DNA from: Eledone cirrhosa | Taxonomy: Eukaryota | Direction: 5' to 3' | DNA length: 64,000 nt | Assembly: GCA_964016885.1 (NCBI GenBank) | Contig: CAXHJY010000880.1 | Coordinates: 1 to 64,000, forward strand | Shown: in pieces, positions 1-13,788 of the stretch | How positions within the stretch are numbered: the stretch's first letter is position 1 | Layout of the letters: every line of letters starts with the position of its first letter | Made by a program: the position numbers and the translations under genes | Notes under the pieces: generated by a model | What the model was told of the DNA's origin: nothing | The model's database searches: none | The model's input: only the letters and a program-made list of their open reading frames with translations

Positions 1-265
1 CAGTCAGTAGGCACCTCTAACAAAATACACCCCCGTCCCACTACCCCCACCCATCCACACATGTAAAGTTATGTTGGTGTCACAACATCCAGTCCGAAAC
101 AAATGAGGTCGTGTAGGTGTCACAACAAAAAAACACACAGTCCACGCTGTAATGTGGCCGTGTAGGTAACACGGTAAAAACCACGGTAAATATTCTGTAT
201 GTTTATAATAAACATTTTGAAGACCTAATCGCTATAGAATAGAATACGTCACGTATTACAATTAG

Positions 266-354
266 ATTCTCGATAAAAGCAAGGGAAGTAATCTACGCGT
301 TTCATTCTTGTTAGAAATCTTCAGGACCACATATCCAGTGCTTTTATCGAGAAT
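266..354 (-). ncRNA. Type I hammerhead ribozyme, retrozyme copy 1
   Basis: Reverse complement of the motif at 895-983; predicted cleavage between 294 and 293. Confidence 0.82.
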
Positions 355-575
355 GACACAGCTAGAGACTTATAGAATACTTAGCTGTGTACAGGAACTG
401 GTTTGAAAGAGCGGTTGCCGGTCCGGCAGAAATTAGAAATTGGAATAAATGCTCTGAAATAGCGATATATATGTGAATATAGACATAGAATATTCGAAAA
501 TATTCTGTATGTTTATAATAAACATTTTGAAGACCTAATCGCTATAGAATAGAATACGTCACGTATTACAATTAG

Positions 576-665
576 ATTCTCGATAAAAGCAAGGGAAGTA
601 ATCTACGCGTTTCATTCTTGTTAGAAATCTTCAGGACCAACATATCCAGTGCTTTTATCGAGAAT
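576..665 (-). ncRNA. Type I hammerhead ribozyme, retrozyme copy 2 (1-nt insertion in stem I)
   Basis: Same motif with an extra base (ggaccaacat); predicted cleavage between 604 and 603. Confidence 0.75.
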
Positions 666-894
666 GACACAGCTAGAGACTTATACGTGACGTATTCTAT
701 TCTATAGCGATTAGGTCTTCAAAATGTTTATTATAAACATACAGAATATTTTCGAATATTCTATGTCTATATTCACATATATATCGCTATTTCAGAGCAT
801 TTATTCCAATTTCTAATTTCTGCCGGACCGGCAACCGCTCTTTCAAACCAGTTCCTGTACACAGCTAAGTATTCTATAAGTCTCTAGCTGTGTC

Positions 895-983
895 ATTCTC
901 GATAAAAGCACTGGATATGTGGTCCTGAAGATTTCTAACAAGAATGAAACGCGTAGATTACTTCCCTTGCTTTTATCGAGAAT
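895..983 (+). ncRNA. Type I hammerhead ribozyme, retrozyme copy 3
   Basis: gtggtc-CTGAAGA(925-931)-t.ttc taacaa gaa.t-GAAAC-gc-GTA(953-955)|gattac. Stem I is extended by attctcgataaaagca/tgcttttatcgagaat (16 bp); stem III is the palindrome ACGCGT. Confidence 0.85.
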
Positions 984-1204
984 CTAATTGTAATACGTGA
1001 CGTATTCTATTCTATAGCGATTAGGTCTTCAAAATGTTTATTATAAACATACAGAATATTTTCGAATATTCTATGTCTATATTCACATATATATCGCTAT
1101 TTCAGAGCATTTATTCCAATTTCTAATTTCTGCCGGACCGGCAACCGCTCTTTCAAACCAGTTCCTGTACACAGCTAAGTATTCTATAAGTCTCTAGCTG
1201 TGTC

Positions 1205-1293
1205 ATTCTCGATAAAAGCACTGGATATGTGGTCCTGAAGATTTCTAACAAGAATGAAACGCGTAGATTACTTCCCTTGCTTTTATCGAGAAT
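1205..1293 (+). ncRNA. Type I hammerhead ribozyme, retrozyme copy 4
   Basis: Identical to 895-983; predicted cleavage after 1265. Confidence 0.85.
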
Positions 1294-1514
1294 CTAATTG
1301 TAATACGTGACGTATTCTATTCTATAGCGATTAGGTCTTCAAAATGTTTATTATAAACATACAGAATATTTTCGAATATTCTATGTCTATATTCACATAT
1401 ATATCGCTATTTCAGAGCATTTATTCCAATTTCTAATTTCTGCCGGACCGGCAACCGCTCTTTCAAACCAGTTCCTGTACACAGCTAAGTATTCTATAAG
1501 TCTCTAGCTGTGTC

Positions 1515-1603
1515 ATTCTCGATAAAAGCACTGGATATGTGGTCCTGAAGATTTCTAACAAGAATGAAACGCGTAGATTACTTCCCTTGCTTTTATCGAG
1601 AAT
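1515..1603 (+). ncRNA. Type I hammerhead ribozyme, retrozyme copy 5
   Basis: Identical to 895-983; predicted cleavage after 1575. Confidence 0.85.
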
Positions 1604-1738
1604 CTAATTGTAATACGTGACGTATTCTATTCTATAGCGATTAGGTCTTCAAAATGTTTATTATAAACATACAGAATATTTTCGAATATTCTATGTCTAT
1701 ATTCACATATATATCGCTATTTCAGAGCATTTATTCCA

Positions 1739-3985
<2,247 letters not shown>

Positions 3986-4278
3986 GAGATTCCAGATTCA
4001 AAGCCATGGCATATATCATCATCATTGTTTAACGTCCATCTTCCATGCTAGCATGGGTTAGACGGTTTTGTTCCATCTGATGTTGGACTGGTCGGGAGAC
4101 CATGTCTCGCTTGACGGAAGTGTCTCTGGCAGGTTTTCTACAGCTGCATGCCCTTCCTAACACCAACCACAATTACAACCTGGGGTCTCATAAATCAGAA
4201 GCACTATTATTAAGGTCCTAGCCCTCTGCCAGCCATACAAACAGCCAAGCATTCTAACAAATTGTTGAGATACTTGAC

Positions 4279-4506
4279 CTTTCGATGAGGTCGTTGGCGT
4301 TCAGAGCCTGATTATTATCCAAACTTCTCTGTCTTTCTTTCTTTGACTTGGCTGTGCTAGTTGAACATTCCTCGTCTTCATCTTCTTGGTCTGAGAGCCT
4401 AGCGTAAGGTGTTGGTGGTTCGTCAACCTTCATGTGACCATAGTCTTTACCAGGGGGGTGGTGCGTTGCTAGGATGTTCATCTCATCCCATTTCGTTTCT
4501 TTTCGT
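4279..4506 (-). CDS. PPP1R2: Protein phosphatase inhibitor 2, coding exon 2 ([34 protein letters not shown]...NDLIER)
   Basis: Matches the I-2 core [30 protein letters not shown], including the GSK3 Thr-Pro site. Acceptor ttttttcag at 4507, probable donor AG|GTCAAG at 4278; 228 nt, phase 2-2. Downstream exons not seen in the window. Confidence 0.92.
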
Positions 4507-5464
4507 CTGAAAAAACCCAAAAAAGACAACAAGTAAATACAAATGTGAAAAATGAAAGGCATTATTATTATTATTATTATTAGGATGAGGTTAAGTTTGC
4601 CTTTCCTCCTTACGGGGTCGATAAAATAAAGTACCAGTAATACACTGGGGTAATTGCTGGCCTTGTGCCAAAAGTAGAAACAATTATTATTATTAGTATC
4701 GGTAGAGAGTCGGACACTCTGCTTTACAGCATAGAGTTACGGCCCTTTAAGGTCTGAGTTCAAATCCCGCCGAGGTTAACTTTGCCTTTGATCCTTACGT
4801 AGTCGATAAAATGAAATACCAGAAATGCACTGGGGTCGATTTAATGAACTTTCCCCCTCTCTAAAATTGTTGGCACAAATCCAGTAATTTTGAGCAAGAG
4901 GAACGAGTTATGATGATATGTGATGTGAGAGAGGGCGACACTGGGTCGGCCTAAATAGCTGACAGTAGCAGTAGCAGTAGCAGTTAGATGGATTGTAAGT
5001 TCAAATCCTTGCCAGGAAGACAGAAATACCAGGACTGGGGGAGGTGAAAGAGGGGGAGGGATAGGAGAATTATGACAAAATGTGAAATCTGAACAAATCT
5101 TGCTGTAAATATCTGACATTTTTGATTGACAGCCAAACACGTGTGGGTGTGTGTGTGTGCATGTACTGTGTTTGATCGTTATACAAAATATTTGTGCATG
5201 GTTAGTCTCAGTGTGTGTGTATATGCTAGTGCTACAGTGTGTGTGTATGCTAGTGGTACAATGTGTGTATGCTAATGGTACAGTATGTGTATGCTAGTGG
5301 TACAGTATGTGTATGCTAGTGGTACAGTATGTGTGTGTGTGTGCATTTGCCATTTGCCTCTCATGGCATTTTTTATAAACTTTTATCTGTTCTATTTGGA
5401 ATGGAGAGCTAGCTGCTTGACAATATGCAGATTATAAATACATAGATACACACACGCTCACACA

Positions 5465-6092
5465 TCATTATCATCATCATCATTTTATGTCTGTTTTTCC
5501 CTGCTTGCAAGGGTGGGACGGGTTCTATTCAGCACAGCATCTCTCCACTTGTCACGGTCCTAGATCATCTCCTCTGTGACCTTCAGCGATCTGAGGTCTG
5601 CTCTCACCACCTCCACCCATGCTTTTCCTGGTCTTTCTCTACTATGCCTTCCCTCTACTCGGATTTCTTGGCACTTCTTTACCCAGCTCCATGCCCATCG
5701 CATGTCCATACCAACGCAGTTTTCTCTCCCGCACACTACAGTTTATCCCTCTTATACCCAGTTTCTCTTTCAAATCGTCCATGCTTGGTCGTTCACGCAC
5801 AATGACACTGCACATCCATTGGAGCATACTTGCTTCATTTCTCTCCAGCTTCGCACATCCTCTGTAGTTGCTGCCCATGTCTCGCTACCATGCAGCATCG
5901 CGTATCTCACACAGGCATCATATAACCGGCCTTTCGAATGCAGGGAGAAACCCTTCTTTGTCAACAGAGGAAGCAGTTCCCTAAACTTCTTTCATCCTGT
6001 CATTCTAGATCCTATGGCACCAGAGCATCCTCCTTCTTTGCTAATCTGATCACCTAGGTAGCGGAAGCTATCAACCACCTCTACAGATCCTA
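5465..6092 (-). mobile_element. RTE-clade LINE 3' fragment, frameshifted
   Basis: FRYLGD, KGRLYDACVRYAMLHGSETWA and LRWYGH motifs with a (GAT)n tail. Related short fragments at ~27040-27320, 44160-44405 and 55215-55500. Confidence 0.85.
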
Positions 6093-6120
6093 CCTGCATT
6101 TCTGTCTATCACTGACACTT

Positions 6121-6490
6121 CATCATCATCATCATCGTTTAACGTCTATCTTCCACGCTAGCATGGGAATTGTCCCACTTGAGATAAGATTGGTTGGGTG
6201 ACCGTGTCTCGCTCGTATAGGACTATCTGGTAGGTTTTCTACGGCTGGATGCCCTTCCTAACACCAACCACGTTTACAGTGTGGACTGGGAGCCTTTTAC
6301 CGTGTTACATACACGGCCACATTACAGCGTGGACTGTGTTTTTTTTTGTCATGACACCTACACGACCTCATTAGTTTGGACTGGATGTTGTGGTACCAAC
6401 ATAACTTTATACAGAAAGGGTGGTGGGAGTGGAAGGGTGGAGTAGGGGTTGGGGTGTATGTTTGGTTTGGAGGGGCCTACTGACTGTAGG
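6121..6490 (-). mobile_element. ~370-bp dispersed non-autonomous retroelement with RTE-like (GAT)n tail; copies at 1-180, 4015-4170, 8000-8152, 24545-24915, 31128-33050, 42432-42805 and 51772-51882
   Basis: Shared cgtttaacgtc..ttccacgctagcatggg...ctggatgcccttcctaacaccaacc...gcctactgactgtag. Confidence 0.8.
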
Positions 6491-7312
6491 TTAACTTCTA
6501 CTACCAATTTATATTATACATACATATATGTGTGTGTGTGTATAATGGTAATTGTTTTGTGACAAAGGAAAAAGAACTGTTAATTGTTAAACCTAAAGAA
6601 TAGATCACAAGTGTCACATGATATTTGGTGATAAGGGGAGAGAAGTATACATTCCTGGAGACAAAAAAAGGTTTTGGTGATCAGGTAGGTGTAAAACAAA
6701 CACATAGCATTGTATTAGTATTGTATTGTAATAACAAATAAAATGGAAAGAACTAAAAATCCACCAACATCAGTTTAACACTAAAACAACATATTAGTTT
6801 AACACTAACACAGCATATTAGTTTAACACTAACACAGCATATTAGTTTAACACTAACACAACATCAGTTTAACACTAACATGACATTAGTTTAACACTAA
6901 CACAACATATTAGTTTAATACTAACAGTAACATAGATTAATACTAACACAATAAACACAGTATATATTAGTTGAACACTAACACTAACATAGCATGTAGT
7001 TTAATACTAACATAACATGTAGTAATTAGTTTAACACTAACACAACATGTAGTTAGTTAGACATCAACATAACATGTAGTTAGTTAGACACTAACACATG
7101 TAGTTAGTTAGACATTAACACTAACACATGTAGTTAGACACTAACAAGTAACACAACATGTAGTAACAGTCTGGCTATAACACATGGTGTGTTACAGCGA
7201 GATTGTTCCCATGGGAGGGAGCAGGCTTATAAGGAAGAAAAAGTATGAATCTAAGACAAAATCCAGTTATCTCACCCTGTTACACTGCTACTAGCTCTGT
7301 AGGATGAGACAT

Positions 7313-7900
7313 ATAGAGTTTAGAAGGATTTTAATATAACACATGTGACCCCTAACTGCAAGTGGGGTCACAATAGAGTTTAGAAGGATTTTAATATAAC
7401 ACATGTGACCCCTAACTGCAAGTGGGGTCACAATAGAGTTTAGAAGGATTTTAATATAACACGTGACCCCTAACTGCTGGTGGGGTCACAATAGAGTTTA
7501 GAAGAATTTTAATATAACACATGTGACCCCTAACTGCAAGTGGGGTCACAATAGAGTTTAGAAGGATTTTAATATAACACATGTGACCCCTAACTGCAAG
7601 TGGGGTCACAATAGAGTTTAGAAGGATTTTAATATAACACATGTGACCCCTAACTGCTGGTGGGGTCACAAAGTTTAGAAGGATTTTAAAGAGAGGAAGA
7701 ATAATATAACACATGTGACCCCTAACTGCAGGTGAGGGTCATAATAGAGTTTAGAAGGATTTTAATATAACACATGTGACCCCTAACTGCAGGTGGGGTC
7801 ACAGTAGAGAACAATATAACACATGTGACCCCTAACTGCAGGTGGTGTCATACTATATTGTATGTGACCCCTAACTCCTGGTGGGGTCATACTATATTGG
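7313..7900. repeat. 60-bp minisatellite with internal hairpin gtgacccc...ggggtcac
   Basis: Period 7321/7381/7441. Confidence 0.9.
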
Positions 7901-7998
7901 GTGACCTTGAGCCAATCCTCTGTGAAACACGCGTAACAGGTCGATACGCAATAAATATTTTTCATATGTAAACGAAACTTCGTTTTTTCTATTATATA

Positions 7999-8029
<31 letters not shown>

Positions 8030-8357
8030 GTTTAATGTCCATCTTCCACGCTAGCATGGGTTAGACAGTTTTGTTCCATTTGATGCGGGAATGGTCGGGA
8101 GACTGTAACTCACTCATACAGAAGTGTCTCTGGCAGGTTTTTTACAGCTGGATATATATATATTATATATATAATATATAATATATATATATTTTATATA
8201 TATATAATATATAATATATATATATAATATATATATATTTTATATATATATAATATATAATATATATATATTTTATATAATATATATATATTTTATATAA
8301 TATATATAATTTTTTACAGCTGGATATATATATATTATATATATATATATAATATGC

Positions 8358-8590
8358 ATGAGGTTGGCTGGACATGCTCACCGATATCCAGAGTTGACAT
8401 TGCACTCAGTGCTCCTTTGGGAGCCCCTACATGGACACACTAGAAGAGGAAGACCAAGGTTAACATATGTTGATGCCCTAAGGACAGACACTGGTCTGTT
8501 GGAGATGCAGGATATGGCAGCGATAATGAGGGACAGAGACCGCTGGAGAGAACTCGTCCATGGATCTCGGGAATTTTACCCGCCTTAGAT
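8358..8590 (+). mobile_element. 3' end of the same RTE-clade LINE
   Basis: [33 protein letters not shown]...; nearly identical to 2828-3014 in the opposite orientation. Confidence 0.8.
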
Positions 8591-8613
8591 ATATATAGAT
8601 ATATATAATATGC

Positions 8614-8641
<28 letters not shown>

Positions 8642-8645
<4 letters not shown>

Positions 8646-8808
8646 GAACCAGTAAGACCCCGACAGCTGAGCTCAAGCCGTTTCGTCGAAACGGCTTGAG
8701 CTCAGCTGTCGGGGTCTTACTGGTTCCTATTACCCACTCTACTACCTCAAGTATTGAGTACTTTGGTGCGTTATGGTCCACCTGGTTCCTTACCACATTT
8801 CCTTCGTT
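8642..8808. mobile_element. Family B short element: 89-bp perfect hairpin made of two half-hammerheads plus tail
   Basis: Arms 8642-8685 and 8687-8730; each reads CGAAACGGC-ttgagctca-GCTGTC-ggggtc. Flanked by (TA)n. Relatives at 38491-38672 and 54481-54620. Confidence 0.75.
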
Positions 8809-9658
8809 ATATATATATATATATATATATGTGAATAGAGAGAATGTTCTCAGCTAAAACATAACCAGCCAATACTCATGACGTACCCACCTCTAATACA
8901 ACAATACCACCACCACCACTATTACCACCACCACCACCACCTTCACCACTATTACCACCATCACCACCACCACCACTATTACCACCACCACCATCACCAC
9001 TATTACCACCACCACCACCACTATTACCACCACCACCACCACCTTCACCACTATTACCACCACCACCACCACTATTACCACCACCACCACCACTATTACC
9101 ACCACCACCACCTTCACCACCACCACCACCACCACCACTATTACCACCACCACCACCACCACCTTCACCACCACCACCACTATTACCACCACCGCCACCG
9201 CCACCACCACTATTACCACCACCACCACCACCTTCACCATCACCACTATTACCACCACCACCACCACCACCACCACCACCACAGAAAGGAAGTAACAGCC
9301 ATTGAGAAAGTGTTGAATTAGTTTAAAAAGAGCGACATTTTGAAATGTGGTTTGGTGGAGATGATGTCATAAGATGTTAGTAAAACAGATTATAGAGGTG
9401 AGACAGGTGTGGTGTAAATGTCAGGTGAGAGATACACAAGAAGGTCTGGTGTAAATGTCAGGTGAGAGAGAGAGAGACAACTGTGTTAGTGAGATAGATG
9501 TGAGAGAGAGAGGTGTGTGAGAAAGATAGAGAGACACAGGTCTGTGTGTGAGAGAGAGAGAGAGAGAATGGAGGAAATGTCAAGTAGAAATAAAGACCCT
9601 GAAATTGATCTTTTGGACCTCTTTGGGTCTTCATCTGAAGAGTAAGTCCACACCTCAA

Positions 9659-10956
9659 TTAACCCATTAACATTACTCTATATATAGTATTGTATTTTCA
9701 CAGTAAAGACTTTACCTCACATAATATCTCATAACATTTACATTACTCTATATATACTATTGTATTGTCATGGTAAAGGCTTTACCTCACATAATATCTC
9801 ACATAACATTTACATTACTCTATATATACTATTGTATTTTCACAGTAAAGACTTTACCTTACATAATATCTCACATAACATTTACATTACTCTATATATA
9901 CTATTGTATTGTCATGGTAAAGGCTTTACCTCACATAATATCTCACATAACATTTACATTACTCTATATATACTATTGTATTTTCACAGTAAAGACTTTA
10001 CCTCACATAATATCTCACATAACATTTACATTACTTTATATATACTATTGTATTTTCACAGTAAAGACTTTACCTCACATAATATCTCACATAACATTTA
10101 CATTACTCTATATATACTATTGTATTTTCACAGTAAAGACTTTACCTCACATAATATCTCACATAACATTTACATTACTCTATATATACTATTGTATTTT
10201 CACAGTAAAGACTTTACCTCACATAATATCTCATAACATTTACATTACTCTATATATACTATTGTATTTTCACAGTAAAGGCTTTACCTCACATAATACC
10301 TCACATAACATTTACATTACTCTATATATACTATTGTATTTTCACAGTAAAGACTTTACCTCACATAATATCTCACATAACATTTACATTACTCTATATA
10401 TTCTATTGTATTTTCACAGTAAAGACTTTACCTCACATAATATCTCACATAACATTTACATTACTCTATATATACTATTGTATTTTCACGGTGAAGTCTT
10501 TATCTTACATAATATCTCACATACCATTTACATTACTCTATATATACTATTGTATTTTCACGGTGAAGTCTTTATCTTACATAATATCTCACATACCATT
10601 TACATTACTCTATATATACTATTGTATTTTCACGGTGAAGTCTTTATCTTACATAATATCTCACATACCATTTACATTACTCTATATATACTATTGTATT
10701 TTCACGGTGAAGTCTTTATCTTACATAATATCTCACATAACATTTACATTACTCTATATATACTATTGTATTTTCACGGTGAAGTCTTTATCTTACATAA
10801 TTATCTCTCGTAATATTGAATCTATGAGATTTTGATATTATCTATTTTTAGAACAATACCTTAACATAAGTATGAGTGGCTGATTGTGACTGGTTTGAAC
10901 AGAAAGAGTTGAGAGAATTCTGGCCAGATATGGCCAGTTTCAATGCTAAAGAGTTA
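9659..10956 (+). mobile_element. MITE-like element (TTAACCC...GGGTTAA-type ends) with its internal 72-bp unit expanded ~16 times
   Basis: 72-bp period. Single-unit version at ~55016-55215; second expanded copy at 62009-63040 in the opposite orientation. Confidence 0.7.
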
Positions 10957-10989
10957 CAGGTGTTTATCACCTTTTCACTTTACAGGTGT

Positions 10990-11730
10990 GTTTACATTCC
11001 TATATATTAAAAAAAGTGTGGGCTTCCTTGAGAGGATGAGTGCTTCAGTTTTCGCAGCACTGATTTTCATTCCAGCCATGCAGTACTCAACATCAAACCT
11101 ATCAAGTGCAAGTCGGAGATCGCCTTCTGTTGAGTTAATGTTGTTTGCAAATTCCAGCCGACCAATTTTATACCAGCCAGTCATGATACCACTTCCAACT
11201 CGGCTGCCCAGGTCAATCCTGTCCATGTAAATAATGAACAGGAGAGGTGACAGTATGTACCCTTGGCCGAGTCTGACTCCCGCATTGAATGGTTTCGATT
11301 TAGCACCATTTATCCAAACACAAATACTCGGGTATTCATTCAAAGACATCAAAACAAGAAGAAGCTGACCATTGATCCCATACTCCTGCACAACCTTCCA
11401 CAGCAGGTCATTAGGAATGCAGTCATATGCCTTTTCAAGGTCTGCAAAACAGGAATATACCTCTTGGCAATACTCTCACGATTTCTCGAAGACCTGCCGC
11501 AGTGTGAATCTGGGGTCAGCTGTGCTAAATCTGGGGTGAAAACTACACTGTTCACCAGCTTGGACTCGACAATCTCCCAGCATCTCTTTGCCAGACACTT
11601 AGCATAGACTCTATCAGGGAGGAGTAACAAGGCGATCCCTTTGTAATTGGAACAATCTCTCTTGTTTCCCTTTTAAAAAATGGGGATTACCACTCCTGAT
11701 TGCCATTGCTTAGGTGCCTTTCCAGATATC
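10990..11730 (-). mobile_element. Degraded RTE/Expander-like reverse transcriptase fragment
   Basis: GVRLGQGYILSPLLFIIYMDRI and AGMKISAAKTEALILSRKP across frameshifts. Confidence 0.75.
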
Positions 11731-11758
11731 CAGGCATATATATATATACATTTATATG

Positions 11759-11804
<46 letters not shown>

Positions 11805-11980
11805 TGTGGTGTCTGTGTTTACATTCACTGTTTATTTATGCACCATAACATAGTTTGTTTAACAAAAAAAAGATATATAAATAAAATAAAGTACCAGTAA
11901 TGAACTGGGTTATTGCTGGCCTTGGGCCTAAAGTAGAAACAAATATATATATATACATATATACATATACACACACACAC

Positions 11981-12011
<31 letters not shown>

Positions 12012-12019
12012 CATACATA

Positions 12020-12740
12020 CAGGGTGCGGACGATATTTGTTCGCAATTTTCAACTGCTAATTTTATGCAAATTTTTTTACTTCCGTTGTCACTCTTGTCT
12101 TCATAAAAACAGTGACTATATTTCCATTATTTATTTTTAGAATAATTGATTATGAATAATTTTGAACCTCCAAATTTATGGAAGAGACACGGAGTTCTTC
12201 TTGGAATCCGCGCCGGGAAGACAAATAAGACCAGAAGATCAACTCCCAGAACAACAGGTGGCTCGCTGTCTCATCCAAAAACGTGCCCAAAGTCATGCAG
12301 ACAAAGTTTCCAGCGACAACATTGGTCTTAGGTGTCATCAGCAGTCAAGGTGACGTCATGCCACCTCATTTCTTCCCTGAGGGCCTCAAGCTGAACACCG
12401 ATGGCTACATCCACGTTCTGAGCGAGGTAGTAAAGCCCTGGATCGACCAGGTAGCTGCAGGTAGGCCGTACGTGTGGCAGCAAGACTCAGCGCCCTGCCA
12501 TACCAGCCGAAAGACCCAAGCCTGGCTGTCAGAGAACTTTGTCGACCACACTTCACCTGACATCTGGCTTCCCAGTTCGCCTGATTGCAACCCCCTCGAC
12601 TTCTTTGTGTGGGGCGCAGTGGAACGAGACACCAACAGATCGAGCTGCAATATGAAAGACGATCTGAAGGCCAGGATCACAAGTGCCTTTAGGGGCCTAA
12701 GTCGGGTGAGAGAGACGAAGGCCTGTAGCCGGTTCCGAGA
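12020..12740 (+). mobile_element. Tc1/mariner DD37D (maT) transposon remnant
   Basis: TA|CAGGGTG end. VWQQDSAPCH...SSPDCNPLDFFVW has 37 residues between the second and third catalytic Asp. Internally deleted and 3'-truncated. Confidence 0.85.
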
Positions 12741-12809
12741 TACAGATATACACATATATATATATACAAATATACACATACATATATATATATATACATA
12801 CACATATAT

Positions 12810-13355
12810 ATACATGGTGGCTGCCAACTCGTTTTCGAGTACGGCCACTACTTTATATCCATGTAGGAGAACCCCTACCGATGCGCTGAACGATTGTGAC
12901 TTTTTAGTCCAGCCAGCGACTTGAAAACTCTGGTACAAACACTACACCTGTGACAATTATTGACACAGTGCTGGGCCCATGGCACCATGTGACGACAAGT
13001 GCAGAGAGATCTCCAGATATAAAGCAATGCCTGTGCCGTGAAGCTTTTATAGTGAGCAAAGGCACTGCACAAAGCCAGTCCCACTCTCTTAACCAAGATG
13101 ATATTTACCAAAAAGAAGAACAAGTCAACATCATTGGATACCATCAGGGTTGCAGGTGTTATATCAGAGTTTTCCTTCTCCTAGAATTCTGCCTTGACAA
13201 AGGCTAAGGGGTCATCTCTCTCGGTGATTTTGGATGGCCATTGACTCTTAAGGGCTCCTTTGCCCTTTGACAGGTTTTGTTTTTAGTCCTGCAGGATATC
13301 CAAAGTCACCCTCCTCACCAAGAAACCTTGGTGGGATTGCCAATCTGTTTCTCTG
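12810..13355 (-). mobile_element. Degraded LINE 3' end with C-terminal C2H2 finger (RTE-type)
   Basis: CSVCTRVFKSLAGLKSHNRSAH at the ORF end. Confidence 0.55.
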
Positions 13356-13395
13356 TAAATATATATATATATATATACATGCATACATACATCTG

Positions 13396-13442
<47 letters not shown>

Positions 13443-13723
13443 ACAGCGAAGGGTTGCATTCGGTTATTTGTCGGAGATTTCTTCATAGAAGCCTTTATTC
13501 TTATAGCTTGGTCTAATCGATTTTTTATATGGTTAATTATGCTAATTGGGAGAGGAAACGGTATATATTTTATCTGGTGATTTTATAGACATGTTTTATG
13601 ATATATATATATATATATGCATGCATACATATATATATATATATGTATATATATATGTATATATGATATATATATATATATATATGTATATATGATATAT
13701 ATATATATATATATGTATATATG

Positions 13724-13755
<32 letters not shown>

Positions 13756-13756
13756 G

Positions 13757-13788
<32 letters not shown>

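Larger units (their letters stand above)
189..1740. mobile_element. 310-bp tandem repeat with a hammerhead ribozyme per unit (candidate non-LTR retrozyme array), two arms head-to-head
   Basis: Period 310 bp (e.g. 191/501; 994/1304/1614). Left arm 189-685 is the reverse complement of the unit in the right arm 683-1740. Copies are essentially identical. Confidence 0.88.

Noticed and set aside
4507-4562. N-terminal [12 protein letters not shown] extension of the I-2 ORF
   Set aside because: Intronic polypyrimidine tract; the true N-terminus is the exon at 39595-39671.
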